Shown: one piece after another, positions 1 through 13,722 of the stretch | Layout: each line of letters opens with the position of its first letter | Numbering within the stretch: the stretch's first letter is position 1 | Made by a program: the position numbers and the translations under genes | NCBI GenBank assembly: GCA_041390065.1 | Contig: JAWKQQ010000022.1 | Location: forward strand, 3,192-67,191 | DNA from: Candidatus Krumholzibacteriia bacterium | GTDB taxonomy: Bacteria; Krumholzibacteriota; Krumholzibacteriia; LZORAL124-64-63 | Length of the DNA: 64,000 bases | Reading direction: 5' to 3' | Notes under the pieces: generated by a model | Databases searched by the model: none | What the model saw: only the letters and a program-made list of their open reading frames with translations | Told to the model about the DNA's origin: nothing

Positions 1-2
1 TC

Positions 3-1703
<1,701 letters not shown>

Positions 1704-1833
1704 GGGGGAGCTCCTCTCGGGGGACACATCGGGTCTGGGTGGAAATGTACGAGCCCCGGCGCGGGGTGTCAGCCTTTTTGGCCGACGGCGATGGCGGCTT
1801 GGCGGCGGGGGCCGCGCCTGCTAGTTTCCCGCC

Positions 1834-2515
1834 ATGTCGATACCCGACCTGCACGTCCTGCACGAGGACAATCATCTGCTCGTGGTGTGCAAGCCCGCGG
1901 GCCTGCTGACGCAGGGCGACCGCACCGGCGACCTCACCCTGCTCGACCTGGCGCGGGCGTACCTCAAGCAACGCTACGCCAAGCCGGGCAACGTGTACGT
2001 GGGGCTGGTGCACCGCCTGGACCGTCCTGGTATCGGGCGTGGTCGTGCTGGCGCGCACGAGCAAGGCGGCGGGACGGCTGTCGGCCCAGTTCCGCGACGG
2101 CACGGTGGGCAAGCGCTACCTGGCGGTGGTCGAGGGCGTGGTGAGCCCGCCGGGCCTGGTCCTGCGCCACCACCTCGCGGCCACGGGCGACGCGGACGGC
2201 GTCACCCGCGCCGCCGGCGAGCCGTTCGAAGGCTCCAGGGTTGCGGAGTTGCGCTATTTCGTGCAGGATTCCCGGCACGATCGCAGCCTCCTGGAGGTCG
2301 AGCTGGTGACCGGCCGTCGGCACCAGATCCGCGCCCAGCTGGCCCTGGTCGGCCATCCCGTGTGGGGTGACGTCAAGTACGGCGCCCGGCGCCGGGCGGG
2401 CCGCGAAGGCATCGGACTGCACGCCCGGACCCTGACCCTGGCGCACCCCGTGGGGGGCGCGCCGCTCACCATCGAGGCGCCGCTGCCGACCGACTGGCCG
2501 TGGCCCGCTAGCTGA
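1834..2515 (+). CDS. RluA-family pseudouridine synthase, reading frame broken once near 2029
   Basis: Track ORFs 1834..2370 (LLVVCKPAGLLTQ...GLVHRLDRP) and 2039..2515 (VVLARTSKAAGRLSAQF...TGRRHQIRAQLALVGHPVWGDVKYG) are the two halves of one enzyme. HRLDRP continues as VSGVVVLART in the next frame, consistent with one extra G near 2029. Confidence 0.85.
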
Positions 2516-2524
2516 GGAGAGACC

Positions 2525-2977
2525 ATGCGACGGATGCCGACCACCCTGCTGGCCCTGACCATCCTCGTGAGCCTGGCCGGTCTGGCCGCCGCCGGCGACC
2601 TGGTGTGGCGTAGCCACGCCGAGGCCCTGCCCGAGGCCGCGCGCACGGGCAAGCCGGTGATCATCCACTTCACCGCCGACTGGTGCAGCTGGTGCACCAA
2701 GATGAAGAAGGAGACCTACACCGACCCCGCGGTGGCCCGCCTGATGACCGAGGACTTCATCACCGCGATGGTCGACTCGGATGACAACCCGCTCCTGAAC
2801 TGGATCTACGGCGTCCAGAGCCTGCCCACGATCTGGATCGTCGACAGCGACGGCCAGGGGATCACCAAGATCGCCGGCTTCCGGGATGCCCGGGCGTTCG
2901 CCAAGCAACTGGAGTGGGTGGCCAGCAAGGCCTACCTGACGCAGAGCTTCAACGCGTACGCGAACCTCGGCCAGTAG
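2525..2977 (+). CDS. Secreted thioredoxin-fold protein (WCSWC motif)
   Basis: Track ORF. Signal peptide MRRMPTTLLALTILVSLAGLAAA, then PVIIHFTADWCSWCTKM, a typical thioredoxin-like CxxC context. Confidence 0.7.
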   Translation: MRRMPTTLLALTILVSLAGLAAAGDLVWRSHAEALPEAARTGKPVIIHFTADWCSWCTKMKKETYTDPAVARLMTEDFITAMVDSDDNPLLNWIYGVQSLPTIWIVDSDGQGITKIAGFRDARAFAKQLEWVASKAYLTQSFNAYANLGQ

Positions 2978-2978
2978 C

Positions 2979-4121
2979 ATGACCGACCTCGACGTCACCG
3001 TCGTCGGCGGCGGCATCGTGGGCTGTGCGGTGGCCGCCCGGGCAGCCACCGCCGGTCTGTCGACCGTCCTGCTGGAGCGCGGTCCCCACCTGGCCGGCGG
3101 CACCACCAGCCGCAACAGCGAGGTGGTGCACGGCGGCATGTACTACCCCACCGGCTCGCTGAAGGCCCGTTACTGCGTGCAGGGCCGACGCCTGCTCCGC
3201 TCCTTCTGCGCCGTGGCCGGCGTGCGCTACCGCGAGTGCGGCAAGCTGATCGTCGCCGCCGCGCAGGACGAGCTGCCCGAGCTCGAGCGGCTGCTCGCGC
3301 TCGGCATGGCCAACGGCGTGGAGGGCTTGCGGCTGCTGGACGCGGCCGAGGTCTGCAGCCTGGAGCCCGAGGTCCGGGCCCTGGCCGCGCTGTGGTCGCC
3401 GGAGACGGCGATCATGGACGCCGAGGGGTGCGCGAAGGCGTTCGCGCGACGCGCGCAGTCGGCCGGGGCGCAGGTGCTCACGGAGTCGGAGGTCACGGGG
3501 CTCGAGCCGGCGGTCGGCGGCGGCTGGCTGGTGTCGGTGAACCCGGCGGGCCTGGGCGTGCGCGAGGGCTGGCGTCACACGTCGCGCTGGGTGATCAACG
3601 CGGCCGGCCTCTACAGCGACCGCGTCGCCGAGCTCGCGGGCATCGACGTCGAGCGGCGCGGCTGGCGCCTGAGCTGGGTCAAGGGCAACTACTTCGGCAT
3701 CTCGCCGCGGCACGACGGCCGCGTGCAGCGGCTGGTCTACCCCGTGCCGCCCCGCGATGGTTCGAGCCTCGGCGTGCACCTCTGCATCGACCTCGCCGGC
3801 CGCATGAAGCTGGGCCCGGACGTCGAGCTCCTGCCCCCGCGCGCGCCGGAGGACTACAAGGTGGATCCCGACCGCGCCGGCGAGTTCTATCGGGGCGCCC
3901 ACCGGTTCCTGCCCTTCCTCGAGCCAGAGGATCTGAGCGCCGACATGTGCGGCCTGCGTCCGCGTCGCGCCGCTTACTGGAAGGACGGCTTCGCCGACTT
4001 CGTGGTCTCACGCGAGACGGGCGATCACGAGGGCCTCGTCAACCTGGTGGGCATCGAGTCGCCTGGCCTGACGAGCGCCCCGGCCATCGCCGACGAGATC
4101 GGCGAGTGGCTCACCGAATAG
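2979..4121 (+). CDS. FAD-dependent oxidoreductase (DAO family, L-2-hydroxyglutarate oxidase-like)
   Basis: Track ORF. N-terminal dinucleotide fold VTVVGGGIVGCAVAARAA, SRNSEVVHGGMYY and C-terminal LVNLVGIESPGLTSAPAIA resemble LhgO/YgaF-type flavoenzymes. Confidence 0.7.
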   Translation: MTDLDVTVVGGGIVGCAVAARAATAGLSTVLLERGPHLAGGTTSRNSEVVHGGMYYPTGSLKARYCVQGRRLLRSFCAVAGVRYRECGKLIVAAAQDELPELERLLALGMANGVEGLRLLDAAEVCSLEPEVRALAALWSPETAIMDAEGCAKAFARRAQSAGAQVLTESEVTGLEPAVGGGWLVSVNPAGLGVREGWRHTSRWVINAAGLYSDRVAELAGIDVERRGWRLSWVKGNYFGISPRHDGRVQRLVYPVPPRDGSSLGVHLCIDLAGRMKLGPDVELLPPRAPEDYKVDPDRAGEFYRGAHRFLPFLEPEDLSADMCGLRPRRAAYWKDGFADFVVSRETGDHEGLVNLVGIESPGLTSAPAIADEIGEWLTE

Positions 4122-4141
4122 CCTGCGTCAAGGAGCGCCCC

Positions 4142-4525
4142 GTGAAGGTCTATCAGAAGGTGACCCTGCTGCCCAAGGATACCAACGGCCAGGGCACCAT
4201 CTTCGGCGGCGTGATCATGTCGCTCATGGACCTGGCGGCTGCCGGCTGCTGCCGCGACCATTTCCGCAACCCGCGGTTCGTGACCCTCGTGGTGCGTGAG
4301 CTCCACTTCCACGAGCCGGTGTACGTGGGCGACGTGCTCACGCTGAGCGGCGAGATGGTGGCGGCCGGCAAGACGTCGGTCACGGTCCACCTGGTGGCCG
4401 ACGCCCTGCGCCGCGACACCTGCGAGACCGTACGCGTGACCGAGGCCGAGCTGGTGTTCGTGGCCGTCGACGAGCGCGGCCGCAAGGCGCCGTTGGTGCG
4501 GTGGGAGTCGGGCGGGTGCGCCTGA
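4142..4525 (+). CDS. Acyl-CoA thioesterase (hotdog fold, YciA-like)
   Basis: This is the C-terminal 127 codons of track ORF 3236..4525, with GTG at 4142. KVTLLPKDTNGQGTIFGGVIMSLMDLAAA ... VYVGDVLTLSGEMVAAGKTSVTVHL is typical of the hotdog fold. The upstream part of the track ORF is a shadow frame over the FAD oxidoreductase gene. Confidence 0.75.
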   Translation: MKVYQKVTLLPKDTNGQGTIFGGVIMSLMDLAAAGCCRDHFRNPRFVTLVVRELHFHEPVYVGDVLTLSGEMVAAGKTSVTVHLVADALRRDTCETVRVTEAELVFVAVDERGRKAPLVRWESGGCA

Positions 4526-5292
4526 TGGCCGCTCGGGAGCGTGGTCCGGCCCTGCTGCGGCACACCGCGCCGCAGTGGCGGCGGGCGTACGGACGGCGCG
4601 CGTTCCTGCGGCTGGGGGTGGCCCTGGGCGCGGCGGCCGTGCTGGCCTACAGCGGCGCCGACGAGGCCTTCGACCGCTGGCACACCGGCCTGCTCGACCC
4701 GCGCGAGGGACGCGCCGAGGCCGCGCGCGAGGCGCTGCGAGCGTCCGGCCGCAAGGCCGAGGCCAAGCATCTGAAGACCGAGTCGTTCCCCGGCAGCGCG
4801 TCCGACCTGGTGGCCCGTGCGTTCAAGCCCTGGGGCGAACGTGAGCTGTTCCTGATCTGGGGGACCGTCGGTCTGGCGGACTGGCTGTGGCGCACCAATC
4901 CGGTCACACGCTGGGGCCGCGCGAACTTCGAGGCCATGTGCGTGGGACTGCCGACGCTGTGGACGGTGCAGCGGGGTCTCGGCGCGAACCGGCCGTCGAG
5001 CCGCGACGGATCGCCCCGCTGGCGGCCGTTGCAACACGCGAACTCGGCCAGCGGACACGCCTTCATGGGCGCCATCCCCTTCTGGAACCTGGCGCGGCGG
5101 CTCGATGCCCGCTGGGCCCAGTGGCTGGCCGCGAGCCTCGGCGCGGTGACGGGCTGGTCGCGCCTCAACGACCGCAAGCACTACCTGTCGCAGGTGCTGC
5201 TGGGCTGGACGATCGCCTGGAACGCGGTCGCGGCCGTCGGCCCCGAGGCGGCAGCGCCGGACGCCGCGGTCGTCGCGGAGGAGGCGTCGTGA
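4525..5292 (+). CDS. PAP2-family phosphatase (membrane)
   Basis: In frame with track ORF 4501..5292. The ATG at 4525 overlaps the thioesterase stop (TGATG). PAP2 motifs are present: RP ... SASGHAF ... SRLNDRKHYLSQVLLG. Confidence 0.65.
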   Translation: MAARERGPALLRHTAPQWRRAYGRRAFLRLGVALGAAAVLAYSGADEAFDRWHTGLLDPREGRAEAAREALRASGRKAEAKHLKTESFPGSASDLVARAFKPWGERELFLIWGTVGLADWLWRTNPVTRWGRANFEAMCVGLPTLWTVQRGLGANRPSSRDGSPRWRPLQHANSASGHAFMGAIPFWNLARRLDARWAQWLAASLGAVTGWSRLNDRKHYLSQVLLGWTIAWNAVAAVGPEAAAPDAAVVAEEAS

Positions 5293-5819
5293 TGGAGCTC
5301 TGGCTTCCGCTCGCGGTGGAAGGCTACCACCTGCGCGAGTTCGACGAGGGCGACCTCGAGCGGCTCGCCCAGCTGGCCGACGACGTGGAGATCTGGCGCT
5401 GGCTGACCGACCTGTTCCCCCGGCCCTACGATTTCGAGGCGGCGCTCAAGTGGGTGGTGCAGCAGGCGGACCACGATCCGCCGCGCAACCTGGTGATCGC
5501 CGGACCCGAGGGGCTGGTGGGCGGCGTGGGCGTGATGCTGTCGAGCGTGCCGAATTTCGCCCATGACGGGGAGCTGGGGTATTGGCTGGGGCGAGAGTAC
5601 TGGGGGCAGGGGATCATGAGCTGCGCGGTGGCCGCGTTCATGGCGTGGGCGGCGGCCGCGCACGGGCTGAGCCGGTTCACGGCCAAGGTGTATGCGGGGA
5701 ACGCGCGGTCGAGCGCGGTGCTGCAGCGGTGCGGATTCGCGCAGGAAGGCGTGTTGCGGGGAGCGGTGCGGAAGGACGGGCGGGTGCTGGACATGGTGGT
5801 GTACGGCAGGGTCGTGTAG
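5292..5819 (+). CDS. GNAT N-acetyltransferase (RimJ/RimL-like)
   Basis: In frame with track ORF 4887..5819. The ATG at 5292 overlaps the preceding stop (ATGA). GYWLGREYWGQGIMSCAV ... VYAGNARSSAVLQRCGFAQEG is typical of GNAT enzymes. Confidence 0.75.
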   Translation: MELWLPLAVEGYHLREFDEGDLERLAQLADDVEIWRWLTDLFPRPYDFEAALKWVVQQADHDPPRNLVIAGPEGLVGGVGVMLSSVPNFAHDGELGYWLGREYWGQGIMSCAVAAFMAWAAAAHGLSRFTAKVYAGNARSSAVLQRCGFAQEGVLRGAVRKDGRVLDMVVYGRVV

Positions 5820-5943
5820 GGCGCCCGGCCGCGAATCCGTCCTCGCGCGGATCCTCGGCGACGGCCGAGGGCGGCCACGCGGCGCCGATCGCCGTTCCCG
5901 CGGCGGCGCGCGGGCCGGGCCGGTTCACCGTCCGCTGAGCGGT

Positions 5944-5971
5944 TTGCATCGCCTCGGCCGCGTGTTATCGT
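5944..5971 (+). promoter_or_regulatory. Candidate sigma70-like promoter for the pentose-phosphate operon
   Basis: TTGCAT (5944-5949), a 16-nt spacer, then TATCGT (5966-5971), about 50 nt upstream of the tkt ATG. Identified by eye only. Confidence 0.3.
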
Positions 5972-6022
5972 GGGCGCGCTTGCCGTCCGTCGTCCGGCCC
6001 TCCACCCCTTGGAGCGATCCCC

Positions 6023-8092
6023 ATGAACCATGCCCAAGATCTCGACCAGCTGTGCATCGCGACCATGCGCACCCTGGCCATCGACGCCATCCAGAAGGCC
6101 AACTCCGGCCATCCCGGCACGCCGCTCGGGGCCGCCCCCGTGGCCTACACCCTCTGGCAGCGCCTGCTGCGGTACGACCCGACCGCGCCCGACTGGTTCA
6201 ACCGCGACCGTTTCGTGCTCTCGGCCGGGCACGCGTCGATGCTCCTGTACTCGCTCATCCATCTGGCCGGCGTCAAGGCGACGTCGCCCGCCTACCGTGA
6301 CCGCGTCGGCGGTCCCGCCCTCACCCTGGACGACCTCGCGAGCTTCCGCCAGCTGCACAGCCGCTGCCCGGGGCATCCCGAACACGGCTGGACGTCGGGC
6401 GTCGAGGCCACCACCGGTCCCCTCGGCCAGGGGGTGGCCATGAGCGTCGGCATGGCCCTGGCCGAGCGTTATCTGGCGGCCCGCTACAACCGGCCGGGGT
6501 TCGACATCATCGACCATCACGTCTACGCCCTGGCCGGCGACGGCTGCATGATGGAGGGCGTGAGTACCGAGGCCGCGTCGCTGGCCGGCCACCTCGCCCT
6601 CGGCAACCTGTGCTGGATCTACGACCGCAACCGCGTGACCATCGAGGGCCACACCGACCTCGCCTTCACCGAGGACGTGGGGGCGCGGTTCCTCAGCTAC
6701 AACTGGCACGTGCTGCACGTCAGCGACGCCAACGACCTCGAGGCCCTCGCCGCCGCCCTGCAGCAGGCCCGCCAGACGTCGGACCGGCCGACCCTGATCA
6801 TCGTCGACAGCAAGATCGGCTACGGCGCGCCCAACAAGCAGGACACCGCGTCCGCTCACGGCGAGCCGCTCGGCGTCGAGGAGGCGCGCCTGGCGAAGCA
6901 GGCGTACGGCTGGGATCCCGACGCGCAGTTCCTGGTGCCCGGCGGGGTGCGCGAGCATTTCCAGGCTCAGCTCGGCGCTCGCGGCCGCGCCGCGCGCGAG
7001 GCCTGGGACCGTCTGCTGGCGGCCTACCGGGTGGAGCACCCGGACCTGGCCGCGGACATCGACGCCATGCGGGACGGCCGGCTTCCCGCCGGCTGGGACG
7101 CGGACCTGCCGACGTTTGCGGCCGACCCGAAGGGCAAGGCCACGCGCGAGATCTCGGGGGTCGTGCTCAACGCCCTGGCGCCGCGTCTGCCGTGGCTCAT
7201 CGGCGGTTCGGCCGATCTGGCCCCGTCCACCAAGACCCACCTCACGGCCGAGGGGACCGGCAGCTTCCAGGCCGACGGCCAGGGCGGCCGCAACCTGCAT
7301 TTCGGCGTGCGCGAGCACGCGATGTGCGCCGTCGCCAACGGCATGGCGCTGTCGGGGCTGCGCCCCTTCGTCGGCGGCTTCTTCATCTTCACCGATTACT
7401 GCCGGGCGGCCATCCGCCTCAGCGCGCTCATGGAGCAGCCGGTCCTCTACGTCTGGACCCACGATTCGATCGGCGTGGGCGAGGACGGCCCCACGCACCA
7501 GCCCGTCGAGCATCTGGCCGCGTTCCGGGCCATGCCCGGCCTGCGGATGATCCGGCCCGCCGACGCCAACGAGGTGGTGGAGGCCTACCGGGTGGCCATG
7601 CAGACCCACGACCGGCCCACCATGCTCATCCTGTCGCGGCAGGCGTTGCCCACGCTGGACCGCGCGCAGACCGGGTCGGCGGCCGATCTGGCCAAGGGCG
7701 CCTATGTTGTCCGGGACGCCGTCGGCGGCGAACCCCAGGTCATCCTCATCGGGACCGGCAGCGAGGTCGCGCTGTGCCTCGGCGCCCAGGCCGCGCTCGC
7801 GGACGAGGGGATCCGGGCGCGGGTCGTGAGCATGCCGTCCTGGGATCTGTTCGAGGCGCAGGACCGCGCCTATCGTGATCAGGTGCTGCCGCCGCGCGTC
7901 GAGGCGAGGGTCGCCGTGGAGATGGGGTCGACCCTCGGCTGGGAGCGATACGTGGGGCGGAGCGGCGCCGTGCTGGGGATGCACTCGTTCGGCGTCTCGG
8001 CGCCCGGACCGGCCGCCCAGGCGCACTTCGGCTTCACCGTGAACCACGTGGTCGAGGCTGCGAAGTCGCAGCTGGCGCTATCTCTGGACTAG
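6023..8092 (+). CDS. tkt: Transketolase
   Basis: Track ORF of 689 aa. AIQKANSGHPGTPLGAAPVAYTLW, GDGCMMEGVSTEAASLAGHL and the HDSIGVGEDGPTHQPVEHL motifs are present. Confidence 0.97.
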   Translation: MNHAQDLDQLCIATMRTLAIDAIQKANSGHPGTPLGAAPVAYTLWQRLLRYDPTAPDWFNRDRFVLSAGHASMLLYSLIHLAGVKATSPAYRDRVGGPALTLDDLASFRQLHSRCPGHPEHGWTSGVEATTGPLGQGVAMSVGMALAERYLAARYNRPGFDIIDHHVYALAGDGCMMEGVSTEAASLAGHLALGNLCWIYDRNRVTIEGHTDLAFTEDVGARFLSYNWHVLHVSDANDLEALAAALQQARQTSDRPTLIIVDSKIGYGAPNKQDTASAHGEPLGVEEARLAKQAYGWDPDAQFLVPGGVREHFQAQLGARGRAAREAWDRLLAAYRVEHPDLAADIDAMRDGRLPAGWDADLPTFAADPKGKATREISGVVLNALAPRLPWLIGGSADLAPSTKTHLTAEGTGSFQADGQGGRNLHFGVREHAMCAVANGMALSGLRPFVGGFFIFTDYCRAAIRLSALMEQPVLYVWTHDSIGVGEDGPTHQPVEHLAAFRAMPGLRMIRPADANEVVEAYRVAMQTHDRPTMLILSRQALPTLDRAQTGSAADLAKGAYVVRDAVGGEPQVILIGTGSEVALCLGAQAALADEGIRARVVSMPSWDLFEAQDRAYRDQVLPPRVEARVAVEMGSTLGWERYVGRSGAVLGMHSFGVSAPGPAAQAHFGFTVNHVVEAAKSQLALSLD

Positions 8093-8104
8093 GAGCGTCT
8101 CGTC

Positions 8105-9121
8105 ATGCAACTGGGGATGATCGGACTCGGCCGCATGGGGGCCAACATGGTGCGTCGGCTGATGCGGCACGGGCACGAGTGCGTCGTGTTCGACCGCGAC
8201 CCCGACGCCGTCAAGTCCCTGGTGGCCGAGGGCGCCCTCGGCTGCGCTTCGGAGGCCGAGCTCGTCGGCAAGCTCACCGGGCCGCGGGCGGTGTGGCTGA
8301 TGGTCCCGGCCGCCGTCGTCGATGCCGCGCTGGCCGAACTGACGCCGCACCTCGCCGAGGGCGACATCGTCATCGACGGGGGCAATTCGTACTACGTCGA
8401 CGACATCCGCCGCTCCGGCGAGCTGAAGGATCGCGGCCTCCACTACCTCGACGTCGGCACCAGCGGCGGCGTGTGGGGCCTCGAGCGCGGCTATTGCATG
8501 ATGATCGGCGGACCGGCCGCGCCGGTGCAGCACCTCGACCCCGTGTTCAGGGCGCTGGCGCCGGGGGCGGGCGAGGTGCCGCGAACGCCCGGACGCGAGG
8601 GAATCGCGGGGACCGCCGAGGAAGGCTACCTGCACTGCGGACCCAGCGGCGCCGGCCACTTCGTCAAGATGGTGCACAACGGGATCGAGTACGGCCTGAT
8701 GGCGGCGTACGCCGAGGGGCTGAACGTCCTCAAGCACGCCAACGTGGGCAAGGCGGGCCGTGAGGCCAACGCCGAGACCGCGCCCCTGCGCAACCCCGAG
8801 GCCCACCAGTACGATCTGGACCTCGCCGACGTGGCGGAGGTCTGGCGGCGCGGCAGCGTGATCGCCTCCTGGCTGCTGGATCTGACGGCGGCCGCGCTGA
8901 TCGCCGACCCGCAGCTCGATCACTTCTCCGGTCGGGTGTCCGATTCCGGCGAGGGCCGCTGGACGCTGACCGCCGCCATCGAGCAGGGCACGCCGGCGCC
9001 GGTGCTGAGCGCGGCGCTCTACGAGCGCTTCACGTCGCGGGGCGAGGGCGACTTCGCCAACAAGGTGCTGTCGGCCATGCGGTTCCAGTTCGGCGGTCAC
9101 CACGAGCTGCCGGGCAAGTAG
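8105..9121 (+). CDS. gnd: 6-phosphogluconate dehydrogenase, decarboxylating (short YqeC/GndA-like form)
   Basis: Track ORF of 338 aa. [45 protein letters not shown] and [16 protein letters not shown] are present. Confidence 0.9.
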   Translation: MQLGMIGLGRMGANMVRRLMRHGHECVVFDRDPDAVKSLVAEGALGCASEAELVGKLTGPRAVWLMVPAAVVDAALAELTPHLAEGDIVIDGGNSYYVDDIRRSGELKDRGLHYLDVGTSGGVWGLERGYCMMIGGPAAPVQHLDPVFRALAPGAGEVPRTPGREGIAGTAEEGYLHCGPSGAGHFVKMVHNGIEYGLMAAYAEGLNVLKHANVGKAGREANAETAPLRNPEAHQYDLDLADVAEVWRRGSVIASWLLDLTAAALIADPQLDHFSGRVSDSGEGRWTLTAAIEQGTPAPVLSAALYERFTSRGEGDFANKVLSAMRFQFGGHHELPGK

Positions 9122-9146
9122 GCCCCTTCGGGAAGGATGCTCGGCC

Positions 9147-10532
9147 ATGAGCAAGATCGAGTCCGACGCCTTCGTGTTCTTCGGGGCCACCGGGGACCTC
9201 GCCTACAAGAAGATCTTCCCCGCCCTGTACGCCATGGTCGGGCGCGGCAGCCTCACCGTGCCGGTGATCGGCGTGGCCCGCGGCGAGGGCGGCCTCGAAC
9301 AGTTGCAGGCGCGCGCGCGGGCGAGCGTCGGCGAGCAGGGCCCCGTCGACGAGGGCGTGTTCGACCGGTTGATGGCGCTGCTGCAGTACGTCAACGGCGA
9401 CTACAGCGACCCCGACACGTTCAAGCGCCTGCGGGTGGCGCTGGGCGACGCCCGCCACCCTCTGCACTACCTGGCGATCCCGCCCAGCATGTTCGGCGAG
9501 GTGGTCGGACACCTCGGCGCCGCCGGCTGCGCCGCCGGCGGTCGCGTGGTGAACGAGAAGCCCTTCGGCCGCGACCTGGCCGGAGCCCGGGAGCTGAACG
9601 ACCAGCTGCACCGGGTGTTTCCGGAGGAGTCGATCTTCCGCATCGACCACTTCCTGGGCAAGAGCGCGGTGCAGAACATCCTGCACTTCCGCTTCGCGAA
9701 CACGTTCCTGGAGCCGATCTGGAACCGCAACTACGTCGAGAGCGTGCAGATCACCATGGCCGAGAGCTTCGGGGTGCAGGGCCGCGGCAAGTTCTACGAG
9801 GAGGCCGGAGCCGTCCGCGACGTGCTGCAGAACCACCTCCTGCAGATGGTGGCCTACCTCGCGATGGAGGCGCCGGCCATGCAGTACCCCGAGGGCATCC
9901 GCGACGAGACGGCCAAGGTGCTGCGGGCCATCGTACCGCTGGATCCGCAGAACCTGGTGCGGGGCCAGTTCAACGGCTACCGGGCGGAGGCGGGCGTGGC
10001 GCCCGATTCCCACGTGGAGACCTTCGCGGCGGTGCGGCTGGGCATCGATTCCTGGCGCTGGGCCGACGTGCCGTTCCTCATCCGCACGGGCAAGTGCATG
10101 CCGACGACCGTGACCGAGGTCCAGGTGACCCTCAAGCGTCCGCCCATGGCCCGGCTCACCGCCGGCAAGGGCAACCGGATCCGGTTCCGGCTCAGCTCGC
10201 CGATCATGCTGGGCATCGAGGCCCGGGTGAAGGCCGGCGGCGAGGGCGCGGATTCCCAGATCCAGGAGCTGCTCGCCGAGTACCACCCGGGCGCGGCCAG
10301 CCTCGGTGACTACGAGCGGCTGCTCACCGACGCCATGCGTGGCGAGGCCACCCTGTTCGCGCGGCAGGACGCCGTGGAGCTGGCCTGGGAGATCGTCGAT
10401 CCGATCCTGGGCGACGTCGTGCCCGTGCATCCATACGATCCCGGTTCCTGGGGCCCGGATGCGGCCGATGCGATGGCCGCCGCGGTCGGTGGCTGGCACC
10501 ACCCGGGTGACGCCAACCGGCCCTGCTCCTGA
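9147..10532 (+). CDS. zwf: Glucose-6-phosphate dehydrogenase
   Basis: Track ORF of 461 aa. [35 protein letters not shown] and LQNHLLQM are present. Confidence 0.95.
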   Translation: MSKIESDAFVFFGATGDLAYKKIFPALYAMVGRGSLTVPVIGVARGEGGLEQLQARARASVGEQGPVDEGVFDRLMALLQYVNGDYSDPDTFKRLRVALGDARHPLHYLAIPPSMFGEVVGHLGAAGCAAGGRVVNEKPFGRDLAGARELNDQLHRVFPEESIFRIDHFLGKSAVQNILHFRFANTFLEPIWNRNYVESVQITMAESFGVQGRGKFYEEAGAVRDVLQNHLLQMVAYLAMEAPAMQYPEGIRDETAKVLRAIVPLDPQNLVRGQFNGYRAEAGVAPDSHVETFAAVRLGIDSWRWADVPFLIRTGKCMPTTVTEVQVTLKRPPMARLTAGKGNRIRFRLSSPIMLGIEARVKAGGEGADSQIQELLAEYHPGAASLGDYERLLTDAMRGEATLFARQDAVELAWEIVDPILGDVVPVHPYDPGSWGPDAADAMAAAVGGWHHPGDANRPCS

Positions 10533-10555
10533 ACGAAGACCTGGAGGCGAGCAAG

Positions 10556-12199
<1,644 letters not shown>

Positions 12200-12220
12200 G
12201 TCCGTGTCCCACGATCGGAG

Positions 12221-12985
12221 GTGCGTATGCCGAAGCTGACCACCTTCCCGGATCCGGCGGCCTTCGCGGTCGGGGCGGCCGAGCTGATCGTCGAGATCGC
12301 CGCCGCGGCCGTCGCGGCGCGTGGCCGGTTCACCGTGGCCCTCGCCGGCGGCGGCACGCCGCAGCCCGTGTATGCGCGGCTCGCCGCCCCGGCGTTCGCC
12401 GGGAGGATCGCGTGGGATCGGACGGACGTGTTCTTCGGCGACGAGCGTTGCGTGCCGCCCGACGACGAGCGCAGCAACTTCCGCATGGCGCGCGAGGCCC
12501 TGCTGGCCCACGTGCCGCTGCGCCCGGACGGCGTCCACCGCATCCGCGGCGAGGACGATCCCGCCAGCGCGGCCCTCGCCTACGAGCAGGAACTGCGGCG
12601 GGTCTTCCATCGCGAGACCGTGCCCGCGCTGGACCTGGTCTGCCTCGGCCTCGGCGACAACGGGCATACGGCGTCCCTCTTTCCCGGGACCGCCAGCCTC
12701 CACGAGCGCGAACGCTGGATGGTGCCCCAGTACGTCGAGGCCCTGGCGAGCTGGCGGGTGACGGCGACCGCGCCGCTCATCAACGCCGCGCGCCACGTCG
12801 TGTTCCTCGTCGCCGGAGCCGGCAAGGCCGACGTGCTGGCGCGCGTCCTCGTCGGCGCGTACGAGCCCGATGTGCTGCCGGCCCAACTCGTCCAGCCCAG
12901 CCGGGGAGAGGTCCGCTGGCTCGTCGATGCGGCCGCGGCCGCGCGCCTGCCGTCCGGATTCGCGGGCGACCGGGAGCCGCGATGA
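12221..12985 (+). CDS. pgl: 6-phosphogluconolactonase
   Basis: Track ORF of 254 aa. LAGGGTPQPVY, FFGDERCVPPDD and LGLGDNGHTASLFPG are present. Confidence 0.9.
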   Translation: MRMPKLTTFPDPAAFAVGAAELIVEIAAAAVAARGRFTVALAGGGTPQPVYARLAAPAFAGRIAWDRTDVFFGDERCVPPDDERSNFRMAREALLAHVPLRPDGVHRIRGEDDPASAALAYEQELRRVFHRETVPALDLVCLGLGDNGHTASLFPGTASLHERERWMVPQYVEALASWRVTATAPLINAARHVVFLVAGAGKADVLARVLVGAYEPDVLPAQLVQPSRGEVRWLVDAAAAARLPSGFAGDREPR

Positions 12986-13722
12986 GCGGCGCCGCCGACC
13001 CCGCCGTCGCCTTGAAGGAGGCGGCGGCCCGCCATGCCGTCGGGCTCGTCGCGAGCGGCATGTCGGTGGGCCTGGGCACCGGCTCGACGGCCGCGTTCGC
13101 GGTCCGCCACCTCGCCGAACGGCTGCGGACCGGCCAGTTGCGTGACATCGTCGGCCTGGCCACGTCGCGGGCGACGGCGGCCGAGGCGCGGCGGCTCGGG
13201 ATCCCGCTGATGTCCGACGACCTGCCGGCCGAGCTCGACCTGACCATCGACGGCGCGGACGAGGTCGACCCTCAGCTCGACCTGATCAAGGGCGCTGGCG
13301 GGGCGCTCCTGCGCGAGAAGATCGTGGCCCAGGCCAGCCGGCGGGTGATCATCGTGGTCGACGGCAGCAAGCCGTCGCCGCGGCTGGGCTCCCGGCGGCC
13401 GGTGCCGGTCGAGGTGGTCGGCTTCGGCAGCGCCTCGCAGATGCGGTACCTGGCCGACCTGGGCGCGGCGTGCACCCTGCGCCTGAACCGGGACGGCAAG
13501 CCGTTCCTGAGTGACTCCGGTCACCTCATCATCGACTGCGATTTCGGCCCGATCGCCGATGCGACACAGCTGGCGGACGCCCTCGAGCGCCGGGCCGGGG
13601 TCATGGGGCACGGGCTGTTCCTCGGGCTGGCCACCGACCTGATCACCGCCACCGAGGCCGGGGTCGTGCACCGCGTGCGCCCGGGTCGGAATCCTGAACG
13701 CACACCGGAGGCTCGACCATGA
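12982..13722 (+). CDS. rpiA: Ribose-5-phosphate isomerase A
   Basis: This is the last 246 codons of track ORF 11230..13722. The ATG at 12982 overlaps the pgl stop (ATGA). GLGTGSTAAF, DGADEVD and KGAGGALLREKIVA are present. Confidence 0.92.
   Translation: MSGAADPAVALKEAAARHAVGLVASGMSVGLGTGSTAAFAVRHLAERLRTGQLRDIVGLATSRATAAEARRLGIPLMSDDLPAELDLTIDGADEVDPQLDLIKGAGGALLREKIVAQASRRVIIVVDGSKPSPRLGSRRPVPVEVVGFGSASQMRYLADLGAACTLRLNRDGKPFLSDSGHLIIDCDFGPIADATQLADALERRAGVMGHGLFLGLATDLITATEAGVVHRVRPGRNPERTPEARP

Noticed and set aside
2020-2040. Programmed ribosomal frameshifting as the explanation for the frame breaks in rluA-type, ROK, kinase and other genes.
   Set aside because: There is no slippery heptamer or downstream stimulatory structure at the shift sites. 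Breaks cluster regionally, hit unrelated genes and often sit in homopolymers, which favours consensus errors.
5426-8047. An 873-aa minus-strand ORF, and similar long ORFs at 10310..12886(-), 30632..33514(-), 37151..39577(+), 44586..47831(-), 48085..50226(-), 51943..54663(-), 75..1643(+) and 490..2112(-).
   Set aside because: All are antisense or out of frame to genes with clear family signatures (tkt, pgi, TonB receptor, CheA-like, cysE/M1 peptidase, TPR protein, GH13, prolyl oligopeptidase). All have Arg/Ala/Gly/Pro-rich nonsense composition.
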